From Candidatus Falkowbacteria bacterium (GTDB lineage Bacteria; Patescibacteriota; Patescibacteriia; JAACEG01), in assembly GCA_018651725.1 (NCBI GenBank), contig JABIDK010000001.1, positions 748-64,747 on the forward strand: DNA of 64,000 nucleotides. Reading direction: 5' to 3'. A model generated the notes under the pieces. The model ran no database searches. It saw only the letters and a program-made list of their open reading frames with translations, and was not told the DNA's origin. This document shows positions 1 to 10,600 of the stretch, piece after piece (within the stretch, counting starts at the first letter, position 1; each line of letters starts with the position of its first letter). Both the position numbers and the translations under genes were made by a program.

Positions 1-164
1 TTTCCGTGTTTTTGTTTCCGTGTTTCTCCTACTTTGCGAGGAACAATAACTCTATTTTTATTATTAAGTTGAGGGATAGGCATAAATTTAGCTTATAGCT
101 TTTAGTTTCGCTAGCTTTTAAATTGATTTAAAACTGCTTTAATGATATAGTATTTTGTGATAAT

Positions 165-340
165 TGTCTATTAGACTTATTACATAATAAGCTATTACTG
201 CAATCCCCATATTTTGGTAAATTTCTTTTAAAAATTTTTGGCCTATACGCAGGTATAAGCAAAAAATTTTTAAAAGAAATTTCCTCAAAATCTGGAAATT
301 TCGCTACATAGCTTATTATGCAACAAGTCTATTAAAAAAA
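165..340. repeat. Nested inverted-repeat hairpin element, long form; a short form is at 60943-61018
   Basis: Arms ttattagacttattacataataagctattactgc and gctacatagcttattatgcaacaagtctattaa are reverse complements. The inner sequence carries a second palindrome (aaatttcttttaaaaattttt / aaaaatttttaaaagaaattt). A related copy lies at 60943-61018. Confidence 0.6.
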
Positions 341-367
341 CCTTCTTTTTAGAAGGTGTAAAATTTT

Positions 368-694
368 ATGCCAAAGCATTTTATTAAATTAAAATCAGAG
401 AAAACTATTTGTGGAAACTGTAAAGAAGAGTTTACTGGCGGTGGTTATGTTAACCATTGTCCGCATTGTTTGTGGAGTAAGCATGTTGACGAGGATATTC
501 CGGGAGACCGAAAATCAACCTGTTTAGGCTTAATGAAGCCAATTAAAGTTATCACAGGTAAAAGAGAAAAAATATCGATAAAACACTATTGTCAAAAATG
601 CGGAAAAGAAATGTTAAATAAAATTTCCCCAAACGATAATATGGAGGAAATTATTAAACTGTCTACTAAACACGACAAGCATGGAAATATATAA
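368..694 (+). CDS. Small zinc-ribbon protein (CxxC...CPHC...CQKCG), hypothetical
   Basis: ORF with three Cys pairs typical of zinc-ribbon folds, an A-rich upstream region and a hairpin just 5' of it. No recognisable family. Confidence 0.5.
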   Translation: MPKHFIKLKSEKTICGNCKEEFTGGGYVNHCPHCLWSKHVDEDIPGDRKSTCLGLMKPIKVITGKREKISIKHYCQKCGKEMLNKISPNDNMEEIIKLSTKHDKHGNI

Positions 695-700
695 AAAAAT

Positions 701-1525
701 TTAGTTTTTTGCTTTTGTGATTTTATATCTTAACCCTAACACAACAAAAATAAAAAGCAAGAGGCTGAAAAGTTGAGGAAACCTCATCCCGAAAAGAATA
801 GGAGTTGTGTCTATTTTTATGAATTCTAATACAAAACGAATCAAAGCGTAGTTTGCTAAATAAACAAGAAAGATGTTACCAAGAGCTAGTACTTTAGATT
901 GCTTTTTAAGCAATCTTTTTTTATGTAAAAACAATAGAAATAAAAAATTGCAGAAGTTTAAAATTGATTCGTATAGAAAGGTGGGGTGAAAATAATTTGC
1001 ATTTTGATATAAGTATAAAGGTCTGTGTAAAAAATCTATTGGAATTCCCCAAGGTAAGTTTGTTGGCAAGCCGTAAAGTTCTTGATTAAAATAATTCCCC
1101 CAGCGCCCGATAGCTTGTCCTAAAGCAATAGCCACAGCCACAATATCGGCTGTAAGCCAGAAGTTTAATTTATTTTTTTTAACGAAGTAATACCCAGCTA
1201 ATGCCCCACCGATTAGCCCTCCGTGAATTGCCAGACCGCCCTTCCAAACTTTAAAGATATCCAAAGGATGTTTTAAGTAATATGGAAACTCTAAAAAAAC
1301 ATCATAAATTCTAGCGCCAATAAATCCAAAAACAATTACATAAACAGCCAAATCAAGAATTTGTTGTTTAGGAATTTCATATTTCTTCCCTAATTTCTGC
1401 GCAACAACAATCCCAAGCACTATTGCCAAGCTAACAAAAAAACCATACCAATAAAATTGAAGTGGACCGATAGAAAATATAATTGGATCGGGATGATAGG
1501 AGTGGAGGAAGTTCATATTTTTCAT
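701..1525 (-). CDS. lgt: Prolipoprotein diacylglyceryl transferase
   Basis: Motifs GPLQFYWYG, GGLAIHGGLIGGALAGYYF and GRWGNYFNQELYG are characteristic of the Lgt family. The protein is multi-pass membrane and 274 aa long. Confidence 0.9.
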   Translation of the reverse strand: MKNMNFLHSYHPDPIIFSIGPLQFYWYGFFVSLAIVLGIVVAQKLGKKYEIPKQQILDLAVYVIVFGFIGARIYDVFLEFPYYLKHPLDIFKVWKGGLAIHGGLIGGALAGYYFVKKNKLNFWLTADIVAVAIALGQAIGRWGNYFNQELYGLPTNLPWGIPIDFLHRPLYLYQNANYFHPTFLYESILNFCNFLFLLFLHKKRLLKKQSKVLALGNIFLVYLANYALIRFVLEFIKIDTTPILFGMRFPQLFSLLLFIFVVLGLRYKITKAKN

Positions 1526-2328
1526 TATAACAACTCCTAAAAAGAAAAAAAGCCCTTGAAGTGAATTGTTTATACAAAATTCACTTCAAGAGCCGGAGTT
1601 ATCGCCATCGGTTTCTTCTCCTTTTAAAAAGAGGAAAAAAAATAATCGCAAACAGAGGGATCGTGGCCCACAATGGGACGCGAATTATTTCAATAGGTTC
1701 GTTAGTCCCTGGAAGCATCTCCAAGGAACAGACGAGGGTAGAAATTACTGAAAAAGCTACTAAAAAAAATAAAAATTTTCCGTATTTTTTTTCTTTATTC
1801 ATTTTCTTCTCCTTTTAGAGCCTTTTCAAGACATTTATTGTAGTGGATTGTTGTACTGCTTAATTCAACCCATAAAACTACGTTACAAGACGGACAACAA
1901 AAGCCCTTACCGCTCTGCTTTATTTCAACTTCATTGAAGCTAGTTACAGTTGTATGGCCGCAGTTAGTGCACGTATATCTTATTTCTTTTTTTATTTCTC
2001 TCCCTCTTATATTTTTTAATAAAAAGAGCCTCCTTTTTTAATATAAAAATATACCATAAAATCAATTAAAAGTCAATAGCAGCCAAGAAAAAAACCGCTT
2101 GATTAAGCAGTTTTTTTGTATAAATTGGCAATTTTTATCAGATGTTTTTTCTTTTATACATCTACCTTGTAAATAGTTGACAATAAATTGTCAACTGTCA
2201 ACTAAATATTTTTATTAATATTTATTTTTAAAATCTAAAGTGTAAATAGACTTATTCATATCACTTTAAATTCGGCCAAACTAAAACCCGACCTTGTTTT
2301 ATGGCCGGGTTTTAGTTAAATTTTTAAA

Positions 2329-3393
2329 TTACAGAGCGTCAAGATCGGCTGCCTGACCCTGAATAACTTTTCCTTGTTTTAATTTTGGTATTTTTTGAAC
2401 ATCGATTACATCGGATGTAGCTCCTAATTTTTTCAACGCGGCATTAAACTTTTCTACCCACCCTAAAAACTCTGTTTCTGTTATAGAACCACTAAAATAC
2501 GCGTTAAATTCAGGCTTTATTACGGTCACCATATTATATTTATAGGCTTCCTCTGCTTGTTCGCCGGCTTTTGTTTTCATCGCTTTAATAAATTGCTCTT
2601 TGCCGTCAGAAGTAAAATATTTCGATACAATCAATTCTCCTTTTTCTTGTTCTGCTTTTTTAGAAATACCTTGATTTAAATCAACTTCTTCAGCCGACAT
2701 TTCTTCGTACACTTTACCTTTTTCGTCAGTAAATTGTTTGTATGTTCCTTGTTGCTTAGATTGCTCTCTTGTTTTGTCTTGAAGCAACCGAAAACGAATT
2801 TTTTTCTCAAATAATTCATAGGCTTTATCATATCTTCCTCCATAGACAGACATATTTGCCAGTTCTTTATCTGTAAACACGCCTTCTGCGCTCATTTCTG
2901 CTGCCCACCCTTTAAATAATTTTACATTTTCTTGTTGTTTTTTAGTAAATTTTTTATCTACTTGTTCGATCGCAGATGCTTCATTAACCGTAACGCCAAA
3001 TTCAGGAGTATAATTTCCAACACTTATTATCCCGGCGGCAAGTATAGCCGCTACCACTCTCGTGCATTTATTTTTTGCCATTTCACCAAGTTTTGTCATA
3101 AATTCTTTTGAATCATTTTTAATAGACTCTAGCAGATTAGGGTCAATTTCCTTTATTTCTTCTTGAGCGGTTTCCGGGGTTAAACTCTCATAAATTTTTA
3201 AAACTTCTTCTGGGTCAATTCCTAATTCTTGTTCAAAATAATCAAGTTGCCCCTCTATTCGCGTAGCTTCTTCCAGCTTTGCTTCTTTTTCTTCTACAGA
3301 GAGATCTGAGCTCTCGATTTCTTGATTAAGTTTTTCTAATTTATTGGTGCCTTGTTTTAATTCCTCTCCTGTCGCTAAAGTTTCAAATTTCAT
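2329..3393 (-). CDS. Hypothetical acidic coiled-coil protein
   Basis: Long ORF, Glu/Lys-rich, no recognisable motif. Co-directional with recA. Confidence 0.5.
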   Translation of the reverse strand: MKFETLATGEELKQGTNKLEKLNQEIESSDLSVEEKEAKLEEATRIEGQLDYFEQELGIDPEEVLKIYESLTPETAQEEIKEIDPNLLESIKNDSKEFMTKLGEMAKNKCTRVVAAILAAGIISVGNYTPEFGVTVNEASAIEQVDKKFTKKQQENVKLFKGWAAEMSAEGVFTDKELANMSVYGGRYDKAYELFEKKIRFRLLQDKTREQSKQQGTYKQFTDEKGKVYEEMSAEEVDLNQGISKKAEQEKGELIVSKYFTSDGKEQFIKAMKTKAGEQAEEAYKYNMVTVIKPEFNAYFSGSITETEFLGWVEKFNAALKKLGATSDVIDVQKIPKLKQGKVIQGQAADLDAL

Positions 3394-3445
3394 AAAGTTG
3401 ATATTAATGTTATTTTATTAATTATTTTAAACCTCTGAAGCCAAG

Positions 3446-3886
3446 CTAATCTTTTTTTTCCGGAGTAATACGCCCTTCTTTTTTAGCCTCACTTATTTTT
3501 AATCTATTTTCAATATCTTTCCATTCCGGAAGCTTAACGCCAGCTTTCTCAAGATCTTTCTGTAGTTCTTCGTCTGACTTGCTATTAAATTCAATGCAAA
3601 TATCAGTATCCTTTATTAGGTCTTCTAGTAATTTTTCCGGTGACATTTTGACTAACCTCTCTATTTTTTCAGTATCTTCTGTCATTTTACCTTCTGCTGG
3701 CTCATAAGCTATATACTCCCATAAAGTAATCTCATCTCCTAATTCTAAAACATCTTGTTGTTCTTTTGTTAGCATGCCCTGTTGAACTAACTCTGCAATA
3801 GTAGTACTTCTAGATAAAATAAACTTTTCTCTGTTGTTATCTGACTCTTTTTTGTTTATGTTTATTTGATCAAGTTTTTCTGTCAT
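3446..3886 (-). CDS. Hypothetical protein immediately downstream of recA, at the position where recX usually sits; identity unproven
   Basis: The 146-aa acidic ORF follows the recA stop by 29 bp. No clear RecX repeat signature is visible by eye. Confidence 0.4.
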   Translation of the reverse strand: MTEKLDQININKKESDNNREKFILSRSTTIAELVQQGMLTKEQQDVLELGDEITLWEYIAYEPAEGKMTEDTEKIERLVKMSPEKLLEDLIKDTDICIEFNSKSDEELQKDLEKAGVKLPEWKDIENRLKISEAKKEGRITPEKKD

Positions 3887-3914
3887 ATATTTTATATGTT
3901 AAAAAAATAATAAA

Positions 3915-4946
3915 TTACTTAGCATCCTCTTTCTCTTTCTCTCTTACCGTTTCCCAGACTTTTTTCTTTATTTCTTTGATGAATTTTGGATTTTCTCGCA
4001 GAGTTCTTTTGGCGTTTTCTCTACCGACTCCTAACTTTTCCTCACCGTAGGTATAGGAGTTGCCTGATTTTTTTATTATGTTAAATTCTACTCCTTTATC
4101 TAGGACGTCTCCGGAGATTGAGATTCCTTCGTTGTACATGATTTCAAAAACAGTATTTTTAAACGGAGCAGCTACTTTATTTTTTACTACCTTAGCTTTT
4201 ACTTGGTTGCCGATAATTTGGTCGCCTTTTTTAATTTGGGCGCTTCTTCTAACTTCAATTCTAACCGATGAATAAAACTTTAAAGCCATTCCGCCGGTAG
4301 TTGTTTCCGGGTTGCCGAAGAACACACCAATTTTTAAACGGATTTGATTGATAAAAATTAAAACAGTGTTGCTTTTGTTAATTACGCCGGTTAATTTTCG
4401 AAGCGCTTGGCTCATTAGCCTGGCTTGAGTTCCCATTTGCCTGTCACCCATTTCTCCTTCAATTTCTGACTTTGGTACAAGCGCGGCAACTGAATCAACC
4501 ACGATAACGTCAACGGCGTTAGAGCGAACCAACGTTTCGGTAATCTCAAGGGCTTGTTCACCATTATCTGGTTGAGAAATTAACAACTCTTTTACATTCA
4601 CGCCAATTTTTTTAGCATACTCCGGATCAAGCGCGTGTTCAGCATCCACAAACGCTGCTACGCCCCCTTGTTTTTGCACTTCAGCTACAATATGTTGCGC
4701 TAAAGTTGTTTTTCCGGAAGCCTCCGGGCCGTAAATTTCTATAATTCTCCCGCGCGGCACTCCACCTACGCCAAGAGCAATATCAAGAGAAAGACAACCT
4801 GTTGAAACAGCCGAAACCTTTGCTTTCTTAGCTTCCCCCAGCTTCATAATAGAACCATCCCCAAACCGTTCTTTAATTTGAGCTACAGCCTCTTCCGCTG
4901 CCTTTAATTTTTCCTGCCCCTCATCTTTTTTGTTTTTATCGGTCAT
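3915..4946 (-). CDS. recA: Recombinase RecA
   Basis: Walker [30 protein letters not shown], and L2-loop region [23 protein letters not shown]. Confidence 0.95.
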   Translation of the reverse strand: MTDKNKKDEGQEKLKAAEEAVAQIKERFGDGSIMKLGEAKKAKVSAVSTGCLSLDIALGVGGVPRGRIIEIYGPEASGKTTLAQHIVAEVQKQGGVAAFVDAEHALDPEYAKKIGVNVKELLISQPDNGEQALEITETLVRSNAVDVIVVDSVAALVPKSEIEGEMGDRQMGTQARLMSQALRKLTGVINKSNTVLIFINQIRLKIGVFFGNPETTTGGMALKFYSSVRIEVRRSAQIKKGDQIIGNQVKAKVVKNKVAAPFKNTVFEIMYNEGISISGDVLDKGVEFNIIKKSGNSYTYGEEKLGVGRENAKRTLRENPKFIKEIKKKVWETVREKEKEDAK

Positions 4947-4971
4947 AAAATTTTGTTTAAATGATTAATAA

Positions 4972-5331
4972 TTAAATACTTTCCACTACCAGTACCTTTC
5001 TATAAACAGTATTTGTCTGGCTATATTTTTTACTGGCTTCTATTTTTATAATATTAACTCCCATTTGTAAGCCAATGGTTTCTGTAAAATCTCCGTTACT
5101 TTCTGCTAAAATGCCTTTGTCGTTAATATAAATTTTTGCTTCTTTACAAGAGCTCCCTTTAATAGTTATTGATTTTTCGTTGGTTGTAAAATTATTATTT
5201 GGTTCAAAAATTTCCAAGTTTGGCGGATTAAAAATTTCTTGAGCCTCCACGCCTAAATAAGTAAAACACAACAAAAATATTATAGCAATAAAAAGATTTT
5301 TTAAAATTTTTGGTGTAACGCTAAATTTCAT
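4972..5331 (-). CDS. Hypothetical secreted protein (N-terminal signal peptide)
   Basis: Hydrophobic N-terminus IFLLCFTYLGVEA followed by a polar domain. Confidence 0.5.
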   Translation of the reverse strand: MKFSVTPKILKNLFIAIIFLLCFTYLGVEAQEIFNPPNLEIFEPNNNFTTNEKSITIKGSSCKEAKIYINDKGILAESNGDFTETIGLQMGVNIIKIEASKKYSQTNTVYRKVLVVESI

Positions 5332-5345
5332 AGTATATGGTAAAA

Positions 5346-7547
5346 TTAATTTTCTTCTTCGTTATTATTCTCTTTTTCTTCGTCCAAACTTTCCTGCGAA
5401 ACCAAAACCTCTCTTGATTTGGCTCCGTCGGCCGGACCGATTATCCCGAGTTCTTCCAAGGCCTCAATAAGTCTGGCAGCTTTATTATAGCCGATTCTCA
5501 TCCTTCTTTGTAGTAGTGATGCTGAGGCTTTTCTGCCCCTAACAACAATTTCTTTGGCCATTTCAATTAACTCTTCATCTTCGCCAAAATCATCGTTTTT
5601 CCCTGAAATACTAACCCCTCCTTGGCGTTCAACAACTGTTTCATCGTACTCAACTGAATCGTAATTAAGTTTTATATAGCTGGTAATTTTTTTAATTTCA
5701 CTTTCAGAGACAAACGCTCCTTGTAATCTTTTTGGTTTTGAGGTCTCAGCAGAAACAAAAAGCATGTCTCCGCGACCTAACAATTTTTCCGCTCCACTAC
5801 TGTCTAAAATTGTTCGTGAATCTACCAGAGAAGCAACACTAAAAGCAATTCGTGAAGTAATATTAGCTTTAATAAGCCCGGTAATAACATTAACCGATGG
5901 ACGCTGAGTAGCCAAAATTAAATATATTCCAACCGCTCGTGACATTTGTGCCAAGCGAATAATCAAAGCTTCAATTTCCGGACCGGCTGAGGCCATTAAA
6001 TCCGCCAACTCATCGATAATTATGATAACACTTGGCATTGTATTGCCGGCGGCTCGGTAAGAAAAAATATCGCGATTTTTTGCATCAGATAAAACTTCAA
6101 ACCGACGTTCCATCTCAGAGACTGCCCACTTTAGCGCATTAACCGTTTCTTTAACTTTTGTAATGACTGGTGTTAAAAGATAAGGAGTTTTGCCATAAAT
6201 CGGAAGCTCAACTCTTTTCGGGTCGATCATTATAAACTTCAAATCATCAGGAGAATTTTGATACATTAAACTTAAAATAATAGTGTTAATACAAATTGTT
6301 TTTCCTGAACCAGTCGAACCGGCAATTAAAAGATGCGGATTTCTTGTAAGATCGGTCATCCAAGTTTTTCCGGAGACGTCTTTGCCTAAGGTAATCATTA
6401 AATCAGACGGTCTGTTTTTGAATTCGTCGGAGGTAATAATATCTTTCAAGCGAACCTTTGCGGCTTGTTTATTCGGCACTTCTACTCCTACTAAAGACTT
6501 GCCCGGGATAGGTGCTTCAATTCTTATCGGGTGAGCTGCCAAGGCAAGAGCTAGATCGTTACTTAGTGTAATTATCTGAGACAGCTTAACTCCTTCAGCT
6601 GGTCGTAGAGTGTGCTGGGTAACAGTTGGCCCAACGCTTACTTTCCCCATCTCTACTTCTATGTTAAAATTCTCCAAAGTTTTTCTGATAGTCTCCATAT
6701 TCGCGTTAATGTCTCCGCTAGTTGGCTTGTCTCCGCCGTTATGGAGAAGATCAAGCGGTAGGTCTATTTTCTTTTTCTTAGGTTTATGATTAAATTTAAT
6801 TTCCTCTTGCTCCCCCTCTAAATCTTCTTCGTTGCCGGATATCTCTGTTTTTACAAAATCAACCTCTTTATCGTTATCGTCCTCTTCAATAAATTCCTCT
6901 TCCTCTTCATTTTCGTGCTCTTTACCAAACTTTTTTTGCTGTCTATAGTTGTGGAATTTGTCTTTAGATTGAATTGCAACTTTTAACCCTTTAGAAAAAA
7001 TTATCTTTAAAATATTAAGCCCGCTCAACAGGTTATCTAGAGAAACGTTAAAAATAAGAAGAATTGATCCAATAAAAGCAGAAACAAATATCACCAAGCT
7101 TCCCCAAAACCCTAAAAAGTATCCAGCTGGGTAACCTAAAATAAGACCAATATAACCTCCGCCTTCACCAAAGGACACCTGCTTTAAACTGCCCGTGAAA
7201 CTTTGATTTAAATCTTGAGTTAAATGAAAAATTCCATAAAAACTTAAAACAAAAAAAACAAGTCCGACATAATGTAAACTTGTTAAAACTTTTTTTCGAG
7301 CACTTACAATAAAGTAGGTAACAGCTGAAAGTAAAAAAGGAAAAATAATATAACCAATTCCGAAAAACTGTTTCAAAACCTCTTCCAACCACAAACCAAA
7401 TCTTCCAGCCAAATGAAATAAACTTAAAAAAGAAAGAACAATAAAAGCAATTAAAACCACAATTATAATCCCTTTTTTCGCCTCACTACTGATTGAAAAT
7501 TTATCTTTTTTATTATAACTATACTTTTTTCGTTTTCTCATAAACAT
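5346..7547 (-). CDS. ftsK: DNA translocase FtsK/SpoIIIE
   Basis: N-terminal TM segments, an acidic linker, Walker A GSTGSGKT, and a C-terminal winged-helix gamma domain (LLQRRMRIGYNKAARLIEALEELGII). Confidence 0.9.
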   Translation of the reverse strand: MFMRKRKKYSYNKKDKFSISSEAKKGIIIVVLIAFIVLSFLSLFHLAGRFGLWLEEVLKQFFGIGYIIFPFLLSAVTYFIVSARKKVLTSLHYVGLVFFVLSFYGIFHLTQDLNQSFTGSLKQVSFGEGGGYIGLILGYPAGYFLGFWGSLVIFVSAFIGSILLIFNVSLDNLLSGLNILKIIFSKGLKVAIQSKDKFHNYRQQKKFGKEHENEEEEEFIEEDDNDKEVDFVKTEISGNEEDLEGEQEEIKFNHKPKKKKIDLPLDLLHNGGDKPTSGDINANMETIRKTLENFNIEVEMGKVSVGPTVTQHTLRPAEGVKLSQIITLSNDLALALAAHPIRIEAPIPGKSLVGVEVPNKQAAKVRLKDIITSDEFKNRPSDLMITLGKDVSGKTWMTDLTRNPHLLIAGSTGSGKTICINTIILSLMYQNSPDDLKFIMIDPKRVELPIYGKTPYLLTPVITKVKETVNALKWAVSEMERRFEVLSDAKNRDIFSYRAAGNTMPSVIIIIDELADLMASAGPEIEALIIRLAQMSRAVGIYLILATQRPSVNVITGLIKANITSRIAFSVASLVDSRTILDSSGAEKLLGRGDMLFVSAETSKPKRLQGAFVSESEIKKITSYIKLNYDSVEYDETVVERQGGVSISGKNDDFGEDEELIEMAKEIVVRGRKASASLLQRRMRIGYNKAARLIEALEELGIIGPADGAKSREVLVSQESLDEEKENNNEEEN

Positions 7548-7635
7548 AAAAACTTAACAATTTTAAAGTTGTCTATAACATTATTATACCAAACCAACAA
7601 ATAAAGACAAGAGTTTATTTTAAGCAACAAAAAAA

Positions 7636-7660
7636 CCCGGCAATTAAGCCGGGTTTTTTT
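7636..7660. terminator. Bidirectional rho-independent terminator after rpoC
   Basis: aaaaacccggcaattaagccgggttttttt: a GC stem flanked by an A-run and a T-run. Confidence 0.7.
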
Positions 7661-7679
7661 ATATATTTTTTGCTAAACT

Positions 7680-10600
7680 CTATTTCTTTTTAAACCCTGT
7701 TCCTGCGGGGATTAATCTACCGATGATTACGTTTTCTTTTAATCCATCGAGCGGGTCGATTTTTCCGCTGAGTGAAGCTTCGATTAGGATCTTTGAGGTT
7801 TCTTGGAAGGAGGCGGCTGATAAAAAGCTTTTTGTGGAAAGAGAGTTTTTTGTTATTCCCAACAATAGCTCCTCTCCTTTAGCTTTTGTTTTGCCTGCTT
7901 TTTCCATTTTTTTATTTTCATCTTCAAAATCTCGTCTATCGATAACAGTGCCTGGCAAAAAATTAGTGTCTCCATCGGACGTGATATTCACCTTAGAAAA
8001 CATTTGTCTGGCGATTACCTCAACATGCTTATCGTTTAATGGCTGACCCTGAGAAGAATAAAGGTATTGAATCTCATTGATAATATATCTTTGAGTTTTA
8101 GTTCGGCCTGCTAACGTATGAAGTTGTTGTAAGTTAAGACTTCCTTCTGTTAGTTGCTGACCTTTTTGAACTTTTTCTCCGTTTTTAACCCAGATGTCAA
8201 AGCCCTTAGCAACTGAAAACTCTTTTATTTTATTTACTGTTCTAAAAACAGCCACTTTGGTTGAAAGCACTCTGGCTTCACCAAACTCTTTTGCTTTAAC
8301 TTTAGTGCCGTTGCTTCTTATGAATAAAAGATCTCCTTTTTCAACCTTGTCCCCTTCTTTTACTTTTATTTCAAGTTCACCTTCTTTCTTTGAGTCGTCA
8401 ATTTTCTTTTTAGTAGCAGTTCTAAAATCATATTTGTCTTCATCTTCGCCGATATATTCCAACTTTAAAACTTTTTGCCCGGGAACATTTTCTAGAACAA
8501 TTTTTCCAGTCGCATCTTTAATAGTTCTTTCTAATTGCGCTATTTTAACAACCCCATCTTCTTCAGCTAAAACAGCTCTTCTCTTCGGGTTTCTGGCTTC
8601 AAAAAGTTCTTCAACTCTTGGCAGACCTTGGGTAATGTCGTCTCCAGCTACACCACCGGTATGAAAGGTTCTCATAGTAAGCTGAGTTCCTGGTTCACCG
8701 ATTGATTGAGCGGCCACCACCCCAACGGTTGCTCCTTTTTTAACAAGTTTGTTGTACCCCAAATCCCAACCATAGCATTTTTGGCAAACACCTTTTTGTG
8801 ATTTGCAGGTAAGAACAGAGCGAATTTTTAAATTCTCAAGATCCAGTTCTTTTAACTTATCTCTTTCCGCTTCTGTAATAATCTGACCTTTTTTAAGGAC
8901 AATTTCTTTTGTTTTAGGATCTTTTACTTCTTCAAACGACACTCTTCCTAAAACTCTGTCGGCTAAGTTGCTGCTTAGTCTTTCGCTATTTTCTTTTGTC
9001 AGTTGTATACCTTCCCTTGTTTTACAGTCTTCTTCTTGCACAAACATATCTTGAACAACATCAACTAAACGTCTGGTTAAATAACCGGCATTAGCTGTTC
9101 GTAAAGCTGTATCAGACAAACCTTTTCTGGATCCATGAGTAGAAATGAAAAACTCCAGCACATCAAACCCTTCTTTAAAGTTACCCTTTGCCGGAAGTTC
9201 AATAATATCTCCGGAAGGACTGCTTACCAAACCTTTCATTCCAATCACCTGAGTTAACTGCCCCCAATGTCCTTTAGCCTTAGAATCAATAATAGAGAAA
9301 ACAGAGCCTTTAGTATCTAGTGATTCTTTCGCTAAGGCAACGATTTTTTCTTTAGCAAAGGTCCAAGTTTCAATTATTTTGCTGTGACGTTCCGCATCGG
9401 TTAAAAGACCGGCATCGTATTGTTGTTTAATTTCTTGAACTTGTTTTTCAGTTACTTCCAATATTCCTTGTCGTTCATCAATAAAAGGCAAGTCTCCCAT
9501 TCCCCAAGAAAGTCCGGAGATAGTTAAATATTTAAACCCTGTTCTTTTTAAATCATCTACAAATTGCCCGGCTCGTTCCAGTCCATAGTTGCTTAAAATT
9601 GATTTAACTAAGCCTTTTAATGAACCAGCGTCCATTTTCTCATTAAGGTACTCCATATCTCTTGGTAATATCTTGTTAAACAAAACTCTACCAATAGTTG
9701 TTGTGACTATTTTTTTCCCAATCCTAACTTTAATAAAGTTTTTAAGCTTAATGTTCTTTAAGTCGTAGGCCAAGATTGCCTGATTTTCGTTAGCAAAAAC
9801 TTTTATTTTTTTATCGTCAACTTTTTCTTGAGAAGAGGAGGTTAAATAATAACATCCCCAAACAATATCTTGACTTGGGCTAACCACCGGGTCGCCTGTT
9901 GCCGGTTTTAATAGATTTTTACTTGATTGCATTAACTCTTTGGCTTCTTTTTGGGCTTCCTTTGTTAAAGGAACATGAACAGCCATTTGGTCTCCGTCAA
10001 AGTCAGCGTTAAAAGCGCTACAAACCATTGGATGAATTTGGATAGCTTTTCCTTCTATCAGGATTGGTTTAAACGCTTGAATTCCGAGTCTATGCAAGGT
10101 TGGAGCACGGTTTAAAAGCACATAAGCATCCGCAATAACTTCTTCTAAAATATCCCAAACTTCCACTCGCCCTTCGTTAATAAAACGAATAGCGCTTCTT
10201 ACATTATGGATAACTTCATCGCGAATAAGTTTGCTGATCACAAAAGGCTTAAAAAGTTCCAAAGCCATTTTTTTCGGCAAACCGCACTCATTGATCTTTA
10301 GATGAGGACCAATCACAATCACGCTTCTGCCTGAGTAATCAACTCTTTTTCCCAAAAGATTTTGTCTAAACCGACCTTGTTTCCCTTTCAAAATATCAGA
10401 GATTGATTTTAACATTCTTTTTTGTCCGGTTGAAGATACTACTGTTTTTCCGTGTCTGGCGTTGTTATCGATTAAGGCGTCAACTGCCTCCTGTAACATT
10501 CTTTTTTCATTTCTGGAGATAACTTCAGGAGCATTTAATTTTTTAAGTTGTTTTAACCTGTTGTTTCGATTAATAACTCTGCGATACAAATCATTAAGAT

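Noticed and set aside
1-30. Tandem tttccgtgttt units at the window edge
   Set aside because: Only about 2.5 copies are present and the unit is cut by the window boundary, so it cannot be evaluated.
1561-1818. Three overlapping small ORFs (1561-1818 +, 1566-1751 +, 1599-1802 -)
   Set aside because: They are mutually exclusive and low-complexity. The region contains a terminator-like hairpin (cttgaagtgaatt…aattcacttcaag) after lgt. None has an RBS or domain signal.
1818-2040. Minus-strand zinc-ribbon-like frame (…CTNCGHTT…KGFCCPSCN…) behind a strong AAGGAGG RBS
   Set aside because: No in-frame ATG/GTG/TTG start lies between the RBS and the conserved Cys residues. It may be a real gene with a frameshift or unusual start, but I cannot support it.
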